From: Podarcis cretensis
Taxonomy: Eukaryota
NCBI GenBank assembly: GCA_951804945.1
Contig: OX638164.1
Location: 29,822,001 to 29,886,000 of the forward strand
Direction: 5' to 3'
DNA length: 64,000 bases
Under the pieces are notes generated by a model. That model made no database searches, was not told where the DNA came from, and saw only the letters and a list, made by a program, of their open reading frames with translations. A program made the position numbers and the translations under genes. Positions 52,501-62,200 of this stretch are shown in pieces; position 1 is the stretch's first letter, and each line of letters begins with the position of its first letter.

Positions 52501-52743
52501 CCAAGTGCTTTCAGCAATGCCTCCACGCGGGATTCAACCTTCGATCTGACCCAATGTTTCCTAGGCCAGGGGCGTCAACCCCCCCCCCCCCAAAGCGAGG
52601 CTGCCTCTCCCCCTCTCACCAACGGGCGGCGTCAGTTGCTGCTGCTTCTGGATCTCGGCGAAGTGCTTGGCGTCGGCGACGGAGCCGAAGAGGGCGGCGA
52701 AGGGGTTACTGGAGATACTGTTGTTGTTCTCCTGGTCGGTCAT
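40427..52743 (-). CDS. UBE4A: Ubiquitin conjugation factor E4 A (U-box E3/E4 ligase), 19 coding exons, 1074 aa
   Basis: [19 protein letters not shown] start, Ufd2 core and C-terminal U-box; exon lengths sum to 3225 nt in frame. Confidence 0.98.
41036..41193 (-). CDS. UBE4A: UBE4A coding exon 18 (U-box)
   Basis: [52 protein letters not shown]. Confidence 0.96.
41686..41833 (-). CDS. UBE4A: UBE4A coding exon 17
   Basis: [21 protein letters not shown]...LAERIK. Confidence 0.96.
42182..42362 (-). CDS. UBE4A: UBE4A coding exon 16
   Basis: [29 protein letters not shown]...ICTIYLNL. Confidence 0.96.
42447..42621 (-). CDS. UBE4A: UBE4A coding exon 15
   Basis: [18 protein letters not shown]...[12 protein letters not shown]. 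Confidence 0.96.
42992..43354. mobile_element. hAT (Charlie-like) MITE in a UBE4A intron
   Basis: TIR cagtgtttcgcaaagt / agttagggaaccactg; TSD gtctaaag / gtttaaag. Confidence 0.82.
43686..43799 (-). CDS. UBE4A: UBE4A coding exon 14
   Basis: [38 protein letters not shown]. Confidence 0.96.
43893..43993 (-). CDS. UBE4A: UBE4A coding exon 13
   Basis: [33 protein letters not shown]. Confidence 0.96.
44475..44662 (-). CDS. UBE4A: UBE4A coding exon 12
   Basis: [20 protein letters not shown]...VFVDIEFT. Confidence 0.96.
45723..45855 (-). CDS. UBE4A: UBE4A coding exon 11
   Basis: [43 protein letters not shown]. Confidence 0.95.
46992..47299 (-). CDS. UBE4A: UBE4A coding exon 10
   Basis: [24 protein letters not shown]...ALAYVP. 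Confidence 0.95.
47884..48010 (-). CDS. UBE4A: UBE4A coding exon 9
   Basis: [10 protein letters not shown]...[20 protein letters not shown]. Confidence 0.94.
48199..48532 (-). CDS. UBE4A: UBE4A coding exon 8
   Basis: [17 protein letters not shown]...KNVHMK. Confidence 0.96.
48904..49095 (-). CDS. UBE4A: UBE4A coding exon 7
   Basis: [23 protein letters not shown]...ESNIHQ. Confidence 0.95.
49382..49584 (-). CDS. UBE4A: UBE4A coding exon 6
   Basis: [13 protein letters not shown]...[10 protein letters not shown]. Confidence 0.95.
49764..49923 (-). CDS. UBE4A: UBE4A coding exon 5
   Basis: [33 protein letters not shown]. Confidence 0.95.
50020..50172 (-). CDS. UBE4A: UBE4A coding exon 4
   Basis: [20 protein letters not shown]...FQRAKEE. 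Confidence 0.95.
50440..50578. mobile_element. Short palindromic hAT-type MITE; related copies ~24890-25015, ~28680-28800, ~38664-38793, ~61475-61600
   Basis: Shared ggacta(c/t)aactcccatc / gatgggagttgtagt core; TSD ctctagaa / ctctataa. Confidence 0.75.
50787..50899 (-). CDS. UBE4A: UBE4A coding exon 3
   Basis: [37 protein letters not shown]. Confidence 0.95.
51679..51855 (-). CDS. UBE4A: UBE4A coding exon 2
   Basis: [19 protein letters not shown]...[13 protein letters not shown]. Confidence 0.94.
52620..52743 (-). CDS. UBE4A: UBE4A first coding exon
   Basis: [41 protein letters not shown]. Confidence 0.94.
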
Positions 52744-53070
52744 TTCCCCGCCAGGCGAACTCCATCCAGGGCTGGGGACCAAAGCGAGAGAAGGGCCTCA
52801 GAGGCCGCCTCAGAAGCCCTCTTTCCAGGGCCCGAGGAGGGAGCCTAGGAAGGCCCGACGCCGCTGACCCCCAGCTGCGGCAGAAGCGCCGGGCCAGGAG
52901 GCGACGGTGACGGTGATGGCGGCTCCCGCGCACGGAGGGCCTGCCGGCTGGGCCGAGCGACCCGCACCGCACCAAGGCTCCCCCAAACCAGGGCAACCCC
53001 ACCGGCCTGGCCTGGCCCTTCCAGCCCAAGGCTCGCAGCCACGGGACCCGCCGCTTCTTCGCCTGCTTAC

Positions 53071-53130
53071 CGGTCCGCGACCGCTTCGAGACCACTTCCC
53101 AGTCAGTAAACTTGACAACGCGTGACGCCA
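53071..53130 (-). other. UBE4A: UBE4A putative non-coding exon 1 (5' end approximate)
   Basis: Strong donor CCG|GTAAGC at 53070 in CpG island; next acceptor at 52772-52773. Confidence 0.6.
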
Positions 53131-53499
53131 CTGGATCGCGCCAACACGTCATCCTACAGGGTCGGAAGCGGGCCCCACCAATGGAAGAAGGGGAGGCGGG
53201 AACGCATGGGGGCGGGGCGGGGGGGGAGAGAGAAATTAGAGCCACAGAGATAGGAAAAAGTAGAAGAGGACTACGTGGTTGTGTTCTTAGCTCGCTTCCT
53301 ATTTCCCGTTTTGAGATGTGTAAACTCCAAGCTTTTTAATACAGCTGTTGGCTGGGCAGCAGCCATCCGTTGCACTGCGCCCCGAAGGTAGCAGAAGACC
53401 CGAGTGTCGCCTCGTAGGAAACGTTTGCTTCTCCCACAACCTGCCACCCGTAAGCGCCAGTATTTGCAATATTAGCCAACACCAGTTCCAAAACAAATA

Positions 53500-53711
53500 C
53501 AGTGGTACCTCGGGTTACATACGCTTCAGGTTACACACTCCGCTAATCCAGAAATAGTGCTTCAGGTTAAGAACTTTGCTTCAGGATGAGAACAAAATCG
53601 TGCAGCGGCAGCAGGAGGCCCCATTAGCTAAAGTGGTGCTTCAGGTTAAGAACAGTTTCAGGTTAAGTACGGACCTCCGGAACGAACTGAGTATTTACGG
53701 TAACTGTACTG
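53500..53711 (+). mobile_element. Same MITE family, copy 2 (right TIR degraded)
   Basis: TA-CAGTGGTACCTCGGGTTAC start and shared internal sequence. Confidence 0.85.
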
Positions 53712-53944
53712 TACATTCTGCCGTCCTCACGCCGCAAGTTGTAGAGAGGGGGCTGTGGCCGAAGGATCACATCTCGTGAAAGGCTTGCAGGGCCGTTTGC
53801 TCTGAATAGGGACAGCTGGGAGGGGGAAATCGCCCCCTCTGACTCGCAACAGCTCTCCTAAGAATGGCAGGAGGTCGTGCCCCGCAGCTTCCCTGGACAC
53901 AAGTCGTCCCCCGCCCCCGCTTACAGCCATGATGATGTGTGTTT

Positions 53945-54060
53945 AAGACAGGATTGATGGAAGTCAAAAATTTGAATAAGATGTAAAAGTATGTTTAATT
54001 ACTGTTGAAAATGATATGTTAAAAAAACTAATAAAAATTTATATATATATATATATATAT
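53945..54060 (+). mobile_element. 5'-truncated L1-type 3' end with (TA)n tail and 16-bp TSD
   Basis: atgatgatgtgtgttt duplicated at 53929-53944 and 54061-54076; AATAAA before the tail. Confidence 0.75.
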
Positions 54061-54104
54061 ATGATGATGTGTGTTTCATATCCCTGCAATTGCAACTGAG
54101 GGTG

Positions 54105-54201
54105 ATGCATCCGAGGAAGTGGCCTCTTGCCCCCGAAAGATTATAGCATAAGGATATTTGTTGGAACACGAGGAGCCACGGGCCTCTTCGTTGCTTTTTG
54201 C
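54105..54201 (+). mobile_element. Degenerate Penelope pLTR relic with decayed hammerhead core
   Basis: gcat-CCGAGGAAG-tggc...cccc-GAAAG-attatagc followed by a pLTR-like tail. Confidence 0.5.
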
Positions 54202-55543
54202 TTGCAACCGATGCTACAGAAGCTCAATAACCGCTCTGAAGGTTCTTTAAACTGTAAACACTTTGAAATCGTAGCTCTGTAATAGGATCAGACTGACCGT
54301 TCACGTTTCTGAAGGCGGGACTTCCTGGCTGTATTTGAAGCCCTGCTTTCCCACTTGGTCCACCAAGTTAAAAGTGACAGCTGTTCATATGAAACAGTGG
54401 AGAGAGATCCAGTTTTGTTTTGTTTTTGTGTAGCTCTGTTTGGACAGCAGCATATCCATCCTTACCCGCTGCCCACACATAAAGAAGTGGTGGTGGAAGT
54501 TCATACACACTCTTTCTATATCTATATTTCAGTTCTAGCACTGCAGCCGAGTTCATTCTGTTTCATACTCAGATATTCTTGTGAAAAATCAATGCAGTTT
54601 TAAATGGTTCTTTAAAATATCTCAGAAATGAAAATCAAATCCACAAGTATTATCTCCATGTTGCAGTATGAGAGCTGTGGCCAAACTTAAGTAGAGCTGT
54701 GTTGCTGGACCAGCCCCAATGGGGATCCATCTTATTCAGCCTCCTGTTTTCCACAGTCATCAATCAGATGCCTTCTTGGGAAGCCCACACACAGGACATG
54801 GAGAAAACCGCCCTATCCAATGGAGAGGAGAGGGGGAGTTATACAACAACCCTGCAATGCAATCCATCTTTCTCATATACTAGACAGTGCTTTGTAATGC
54901 CACAGGGGAAGTTATATCCCGCCCAGCCCCGGCCCACAATTGTCATTTTCTGCCAGCGGCTGTTTCAGGTTTCCAGAATTCACCTCACCATTGGCCCCAC
55001 CAAAATACCCACCCTCTGATGGTGTGATGGCTGCATGCCACCCCTAGCGAGTACACCATTTCTCTAGACAACAGTTCATGAAGTTGGCAGATCTGGTAGT
55101 GGGGGGGAAATAGTGTGTGGTGAGGAATCAGTTAAATTTCCATGTTCTGCAGGCTATTTCCTTCCATTTAAGAACATAAGAAGATCAATGGCCTTTCAAG
55201 TCCAGCATCCTATTCACATACAATCCTACCTGCCTGTGAGAAACCCTCAAGCAGGACTCAAACACAAGAGCACCCCTCCCCTGTAATTCTCTTCGGAAAT
55301 TGTACTCTTTCTTAACATCTATTCACTCATTCGTTTCCATGCACAGTGGGGACAGAGAGGCCTCCCACCCACAGGTTTCCTGTTCCTAGCTGACTACAGA
55401 GGTGTTTTCTTCTACTTTCATATCCAGCTCAGCACAGTACTGAGCAAAGGGCACTTCTTTGTGGGTGTCTTTTTGCAAAGTGAGCAATTTCATTTCAAGG
55501 GAAAGAATAAGCAGGTTATCAGCACACACTCTGAAGAAGGGTC

Positions 55544-55604
55544 ATGGGACGCAGCCAGCATCTCTTGTGTGCAACCTTCCTCTTTGGATTGCTCTTCTCC
55601 AAAG
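55544..55604 (+). CDS. CD3D: CD3gamma/delta exon 1 (signal peptide)
   Basis: MGRSQHLLCATFLFGLLFSK; phase-1 donor AAG|GTAGGA matches the Ig exon. Confidence 0.8.
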
Positions 55605-56154
55605 GTAGGACCTCGTTCAAAGGCCCTTGAGTCCAGCCTCAGGAAAGGACCTGACATTTGTGGAGGTGGGGGAACAAAGACAGAAAAGTGAGAAGTCGGG
55701 TCCTTGAGTGGGAAGAGAAAGAGAGGCAACTAACCAACTCACCTTAAAATGTTCATTGACAGATCCTTTCCCATATTATTTTTGCCTGTAATTGTGCTCT
55801 AAAACGCTTCCAAAAACCTGTATGTATCAAATGCTTGGAAAGCAGATGCTCGCCACATTTACCTTCTGTGTCCCACCCTGAAAGGCATCAGGCCTCACTG
55901 GCTGGACTCTGTTGTTGGACCCTATGAAATGTCAGTGCCTTGTTCAGAGGATAAAGCAGAACCACCAACCACAGGAGACAGGTTCCATTTGGCCATCAGG
56001 ATCAATCACCAATCTACGTTAATAATAGCTGTCATCACCATATCTTGTACCAGAGAATTCCACAAGAAATATATTCTTCTGCGTCTCTGTCTCCCTCTCC
56101 CTCTCTGCTGAATGTCCCACTCTTCCACTTCATTGTACGACTCTGGGTTGTAGT

Positions 56155-56201
<47 letters not shown>

Positions 56202-59200
56202 GTGTATGTGTGAGTGTCTGTTTGTGTTTGTATGAGAGAGAGGAGCAGAAGCAGACTTTCCTCTGTCCAATGTGCATAATTTCATATACCTCAATCATGT
56301 CCCATCTCCCCATCATCATTTTTTTAAAACTAAGACACCACAAATACATTAGCCTTTCCTTGTGACTGAGGGTGTTCTGGCCTCTTAATCATTTTGGCTG
56401 CCCCCACTTTTTTTTCTTTAGCTCTTTGGTGTCCTTATCGAGATGTGGCAGCCAGTAGTTCAAATGCAGCCACACTAGATTTACACAATGCTGTGTCCAT
56501 CTTATTGTCCCTTTCCTAGCTGTCTCTAGTGTGGTATTTGTCCTTTTCATTCTGCCACTGCTGCTGAACACCGAGTGATTGCTTCCATTGTTTTGCAGTG
56601 GGAAGGTGCAGGTGTTTGAGTTTGGGCTGCAGACATTGTCCTGACGTCTGTGTCCAGATGTGGGCATCGTTACCACTCCTTGACACCAATAAGCCCCTTC
56701 CCACAAAACATTTAAAATGTCTTGTTTCTGTTTCAGAAGTGGGTGAAGTAGTGCAATGTTGTGGCTGACTATTGGCACAACTTAACGTAATTCCCTCTTT
56801 TATTGGACAGTGGAATGACTTACCTTTCTTCATAGCTCAGTTGGTTAGAGGGTGGGTGCTGATAACGCCAGGGTTGCAGGTTTGATCCCCATATGGGACA
56901 GCTGTATATTCCTGCATTGCAGGAGGGAGTCAGCTTAATACTGTGGTACCTCAGGTTAAGAACTTAATTCGTTCTGGAGGTCTGTTCTTAACCTGAAACT
57001 GTTCTTAACCTGAAGCACCACTTTAGCTAATGGGGCCTCCCGCTGCCGCCACGCTGCTGCTACACAATTTCTGTTCTCATCCTGAAGTAAAGTTCTTTAC
57101 CCGAGGTAATATTTCTGGGTTAGCGGAGTCTGTAACCTGAAGCATATGTAACCCGAGGTACCACTGTAGCTTCCTCCTCTTCCAGCACAAGCAATATGGT
57201 CCATGTTTTTCATCACTTATGGGTGTTCCTGTGAAAGGGCCTTTACCTTACGGTTGTGGTCTTCCTTCGTGCATCCCAGCTGTGGCTGATCTTGGGTCCT
57301 TCTGAGTGCTAGATGGACCCAAGGGCTCTGTTCGGGTGTTTTCCTCCACCTTGTCATTCCTTCCTCATAGGTATTGCTGAGGAATCCATCACAGTGAAGC
57401 AGCAAAAGAATGACATTGTCCTCTACTGTGAAGCGGAGGGTAAAAACCTCCCAATAAGCTGGAATAAAGATGGGAATGCATTAAACCATGGAAACTCTAG
57501 TCTGTCTTTGGGTGCCATCCTGGATGACCCGAGAGGTGTCTTCGAGTGCAATAGCGCACGTCTTCAGGTGTTCGTCCGAAGTGCGTGAGCCCTTCCTCCC
57601 CCATGTGAAGGGACATGAAAGCAGTGCTACTCCAGAGTCACACAACTGAGGGGGTGGTGGGAAGGGGACACACCCAGATTTGTGGCCACTTGGTGGGGAC
57701 CATGACAACCCTGTCCAGTATGAATGTGCTTAGCCTGGCAGTTGTGATGTTGTCAATGGCCCTGGTGGAGCCTGCTTTCTTTGTTTCCTTTTATATATAT
57801 ATATATAAATTTTATGTTTTGGTTTTTCAATTTATTTATTTTTGCAAACATACAAATTGCAAAAACACAAATTACACACATTTCTAATGCACATATATTT
57901 GACTTCCTCCCTTTTGTGGTTTCCTTTTGATTTTAATTTTCATGCTGCATTTTCCACATTACTCCATCTAAAGTTATTCTTTAGTTTCTCATAATCATAC
58001 GTTTAACCACTTGTTTTACATTAATCCTGCTAATGAGGTATTTGTATACATAAGTTTTTCAAATTTTCCACAAATTTTCCCCAATCTTTAGGAATTTCTT
58101 CTTCTTCTTGGTTTCTTATTACACCCGTTAACCTTGCCATTTCGGCATAATCCATTAAGCCACTTTTCCAGGGTTGGTACTACATCTTCTTTCCATCTCT
58201 GGGCAAAAACCATTCTAGCTGCAGTTGTGGCATACATAAACAATTTTTTAGGGGGTCTTTTGGTATCTTACTATCTACTATCCCTAAAAGAAAAGCTTCT
58301 GTTTTTTTGTTAAAAGTTGTCTTAAACATTTTCTTCAATTCGTTATAAATCATTTCCCATAAAGCTTTTACTCTCTTACAAGATCACCACATATGGTAGA
58401 GAGTACTATCTTTTTCTGGGGCTTGTTTCCTAATTAATTGGTTAAATTAAATGAACAATCTTGTTTCAAAAGCAAACATTTTACTACCTGCTGTTGCATG
58501 GAAGATCTCAGACACCACTGGCAGCATTCATGGGAGCTGTCAAATACTAAATGCCTTTGCTCACATCAGATCTGACTGTGATTTCATTTTTTAAAGAAGT
58601 TGAAATCAAATATCAAATATCATTGGACGTCACACAATGACATCAAACTTAGAATACTTTTCAAATGAGAATTTTGAGTGACAAAATTTGTTTCTGTTCC
58701 ACTTTTAAGCCTCTTGGCTGGCTTGTTCTTTTGTTAGTGGTAAGTATCCTTCTAAGCATATTGCGCAGGTCTCTCTGCTGGTTCTGGTGCAGCAACAGTC
58801 CCTGGGCTCCGGGGTTTGTTTTGTTGGGTTGATGGGCTGTTTGGATGTTAGGAGTTGTGTTTAGCTAGAAAACCCACCCTACAAGCAGAAGTGCTTTTCA
58901 TTTAGTCCCAGATGGCAAATTGCTGTTTCCAGTGCTTTTTTCCCCCCAAAGCAAAACAAATATGTTTAGGGTTACTCTCATTTTGACTCCAGAAAATCAC
59001 CATTTTATAGTTCAAATCGTGGAAAATAAATACAGTAAATGGACAAAAGTACAAAGATTCACAAAATGTTTAGGGGTATGCATACCCCTGCATTCACCCC
59101 CCCCCCAAAAAAGCGCTGGCTGTTTCTAGTCACTCAGTGGCGAGGGACCATCCATTTACAGTGGTACCTCGAGTTAAAAACTTAATTTGTTCTGGAGGTC

Positions 59201-62200
59201 CGTTCTTAACCTGAAACTGTTATTAACCTGAAGCACCACTCTAGCTAATGGGGCCTCCCGCTGCCGCTGCGCCGCTGCTGCACGATTTCTGTTCTCATCC
59301 TGAAGCAAAGTTCTTAACCCGAGATACTATTTCTGGGTTAGCCGAGTCTGTAACCTGAAGTGTCTGTAACGTGATGTACCACTGTATTGATTATTCTTGT
59401 CGTTTATTAAATTTCTATCCTGCCTGTCCCCCCAAAGGAGCCCAGGGTGGCAAACATCAAAATTAGCACAGTTTCCATGTGCTCAGAGGCACACTCTATT
59501 CAAATCAAGCCACATGTGGACAAAACTCAGGTGTGCTTGTGAGCATAGGATGCATGTTGAGTTCTTTCCCTCTTGACACAGTGTGCCAGAATTGTATTCG
59601 TCTGGACGTTGCCGCGATCATGGGGATTCTGCTGGCCAGCATTGTGGCTACGTTTTTCCTGGCTGTTGGCGTATACTGCATTGCTGCGGGGGAGCCGGGC
59701 CGACGATCTCAGGGTGAGCATTGGGGGACAGGCAGTTGCTGGGAGATGGGGAAACAGCCTTGAAAAAGGGAGCAATGTCCATGTTGGCATCCACGTTCCC
59801 ATACCTGGTATATTTAATTTTTAATTCTGTTAATCACCCATTTGGAGTCATCCTGAAATTTCCTTTTTTGACTTTGCAGCTTCTGACAAGCAGACCCTAT
59901 TAGCCAATGAGCAGCTCTACCAGGTGAGTGGGTGCCTGTGGTCAGTCTCTTCCTCTCCTCCATGGTGGTGTTTTCCTGGACAGCTCCTCCCAAGCTGTGA
60001 AATGAGGGGCCCTTTGCATCCAAGAATTCCTTGACTTCTGCAAAGCTTCTTCTGCCTCAGCCTAGGGTGCTGCTTTGCAGAGGCAATATATTCTTCTGGG
60101 AATCATGATTCTGTCTGTGTGTTCTTTTAAAAAGCTAGTTTCTAGCCCTCATGGCCAGAGATTAGCCTCCCAATGGGGTAAAATGAAGAGACTGTGGTGG
60201 CAGAAAATCCCCAAAGCAACTTCATTTGGAAAAAAAATATATATTAAAGGAAGAATAAATGGATGATGAGAACACCTGCAGTCCTTTCTGGACAACTGAA
60301 GTTTGCTGTGATGTGGGGCTTGTAGCAGGAAGCAGGGAGAGTCCTCCATCCCTTGAAACAGGAGCAGCAGCTGGTTCCAAATATGAGGTGTGTTGGTGCT
60401 CCCAGCCCTTTCCTCTCTGGCTTGGAATCAAAGGCCATTCTTAAGCCTCCATTCTTAAGTGGAAGAAGCACTCAGCCTACACCTATCCTTCCATAGGAAA
60501 CAGAGCAGCTTTCTTTTCTTCCCTAGATAGCAGCCTCCTCGGACACAAATGCGTAAGCTGAATCCAAGAGGTCTAGGCACACAATCTCTCCCATGAGTAA
60601 GCAGCACTAGATTTAGGGTGGTGGCACTGAGTCAAGGGGGCGCATGATAGTGCTGTTGTTAATACCTATATTTATATAGGTAACTACAGTGGTACCTCGG
60701 GTTAAGTACTTAATTCATTCCGGAGGTCCGTTCTTAACCTGAAACTGTTCTTAACCTGAAGCACCACTTTAGCTAATGGGGCCTCCTGCTGCCGCTGCGC
60801 TGCCGGAGCCCAATTTCTGTTCTCATCCTGAAGCAAAGTTCTTAACCTGAAGCACTATTTCTGGGTTAGCGGAGTGTGTAACCTGAAGCATATGTAACCT
60901 GAAGCATGTGTAGCCTGAGGTACCACTGTACTAAGAAGATTCACGAAAAATCAGCTGCACCAAAATGAATTGTTGGGAAAATAAGATGGGGGGGGGCGGG
61001 CGCCAAATTTTGTCCTTGCTCAGGGCACCATATTACCAAAGTTCGCCCCCGGAGTGAGCAGTTGCAAACGGACATCAAACTCCAGTGGCACAATTTTAAG
61101 AGAGTTTATTTTGAATGAGGTTTACGAAATAAGCATTTCAAGTCTATTGACATTCTTCAGCTTACAAGCAAGTTTCCACACTCTTCAGCAGTAACGTGGC
61201 ATCATTGTGTGTGGTCTGATTGTTGGCAATGTTCTGTTTTTAAGAGCTCTTGGTTCAGGTGGGTTCTGATTGATCGGTGGCTCTAATTAGCTGATAGGAA
61301 GAGAAGCATAGTGCCAGGGTGGGTGCCACCTTTTGGAAGTGGGTAGACTGGGCTTTCATGACTTCATCACTGCAGGAGTTGCCCAACTTCCCTCTGCTTG
61401 TGCATTGGAGGGGAGACTAGGGTGGGGTGGGGTAGGGTGCAGGCTCCCCACTTAACACGACAGAGGATCAGAGCAGCTGTGGGGAACCTTTGGTACTCTA
61501 ATACGGCTGAACTAAAACTCCCACCATCCCTGTCCATTAGCCAGGCTTGCTGGGGCTGATGGGAGTTGTAGTTCAGCAAAGGCAGGGGAGGGGTGAGATT
61601 CCCAGCTCCTGGTCTAGAAAAACTGGGTACTCTTAAAGGGACAGGCTAGGTCAGAACCAGGTTAGCCCAGCATTGAGACATTTCAAGTGGTCAGGGGACT
61701 ACAGGGTGAGCAGCCCTTGCAGCAACTCTTTCATACAGAGCCTGCTGTAAGGTCTGTGCATGTTTGTTTCTACTCTGGGTGTTCATTGGGATAGCTGCTG
61801 GATTTCCTGGTCTTTTTAAAAAAACAAAGAGTAGACAGAGAAAGTGAATCTAAGGTTGCAGAAGCTTCTGCTCTGGTAAACCTGCTAAATCTTTTAACGT
61901 GCCATGAAAAGGCAGGCAGTAGTACTAAGAAAGAAGTGATTGTGCTGCTGGTTCCACAGAAACTGTCATATTTTTTTGTGAGATGGAAGAAATATTGGGA
62001 AAACTCCGATCTGTCATGGGCAGGTCATGACACCACGCAACCTCTTGCCATAAAAAAATGAATAAACAAAGGGCAGGGACTCCAGGCTGGGCAGCTGAAA
62101 TAGATCCAGCCTTTGCTTGTTTTGCTGCAGCAGACTAACCCAGCTGCCCCCATGGAAATCCCTGCAGCCTCCAGATAGCTAACAGGAACCCCCATCTCCA

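Larger units (their letters stand above)
52520..53460. promoter_or_regulatory. CpG island / UBE4A promoter
   Basis: CpG-rich; GC boxes GGGGCGGGGCGG ~53208-53220, CCAAT and CGGAAG motifs nearby. Confidence 0.85.

Noticed and set aside
56738-56743. Possible 6-nt CD3 micro-exon (tttcag AAGTGG gtgaag), analogous to CD3G mini-exon 2
   Set aside because: Frame-preserving but weak donor and not needed for the model; requires RNA-seq
56833-56900. Apparent tRNA-Ile(GAT) gene
   Set aside because: No intact acceptor stem; continues into SINE body
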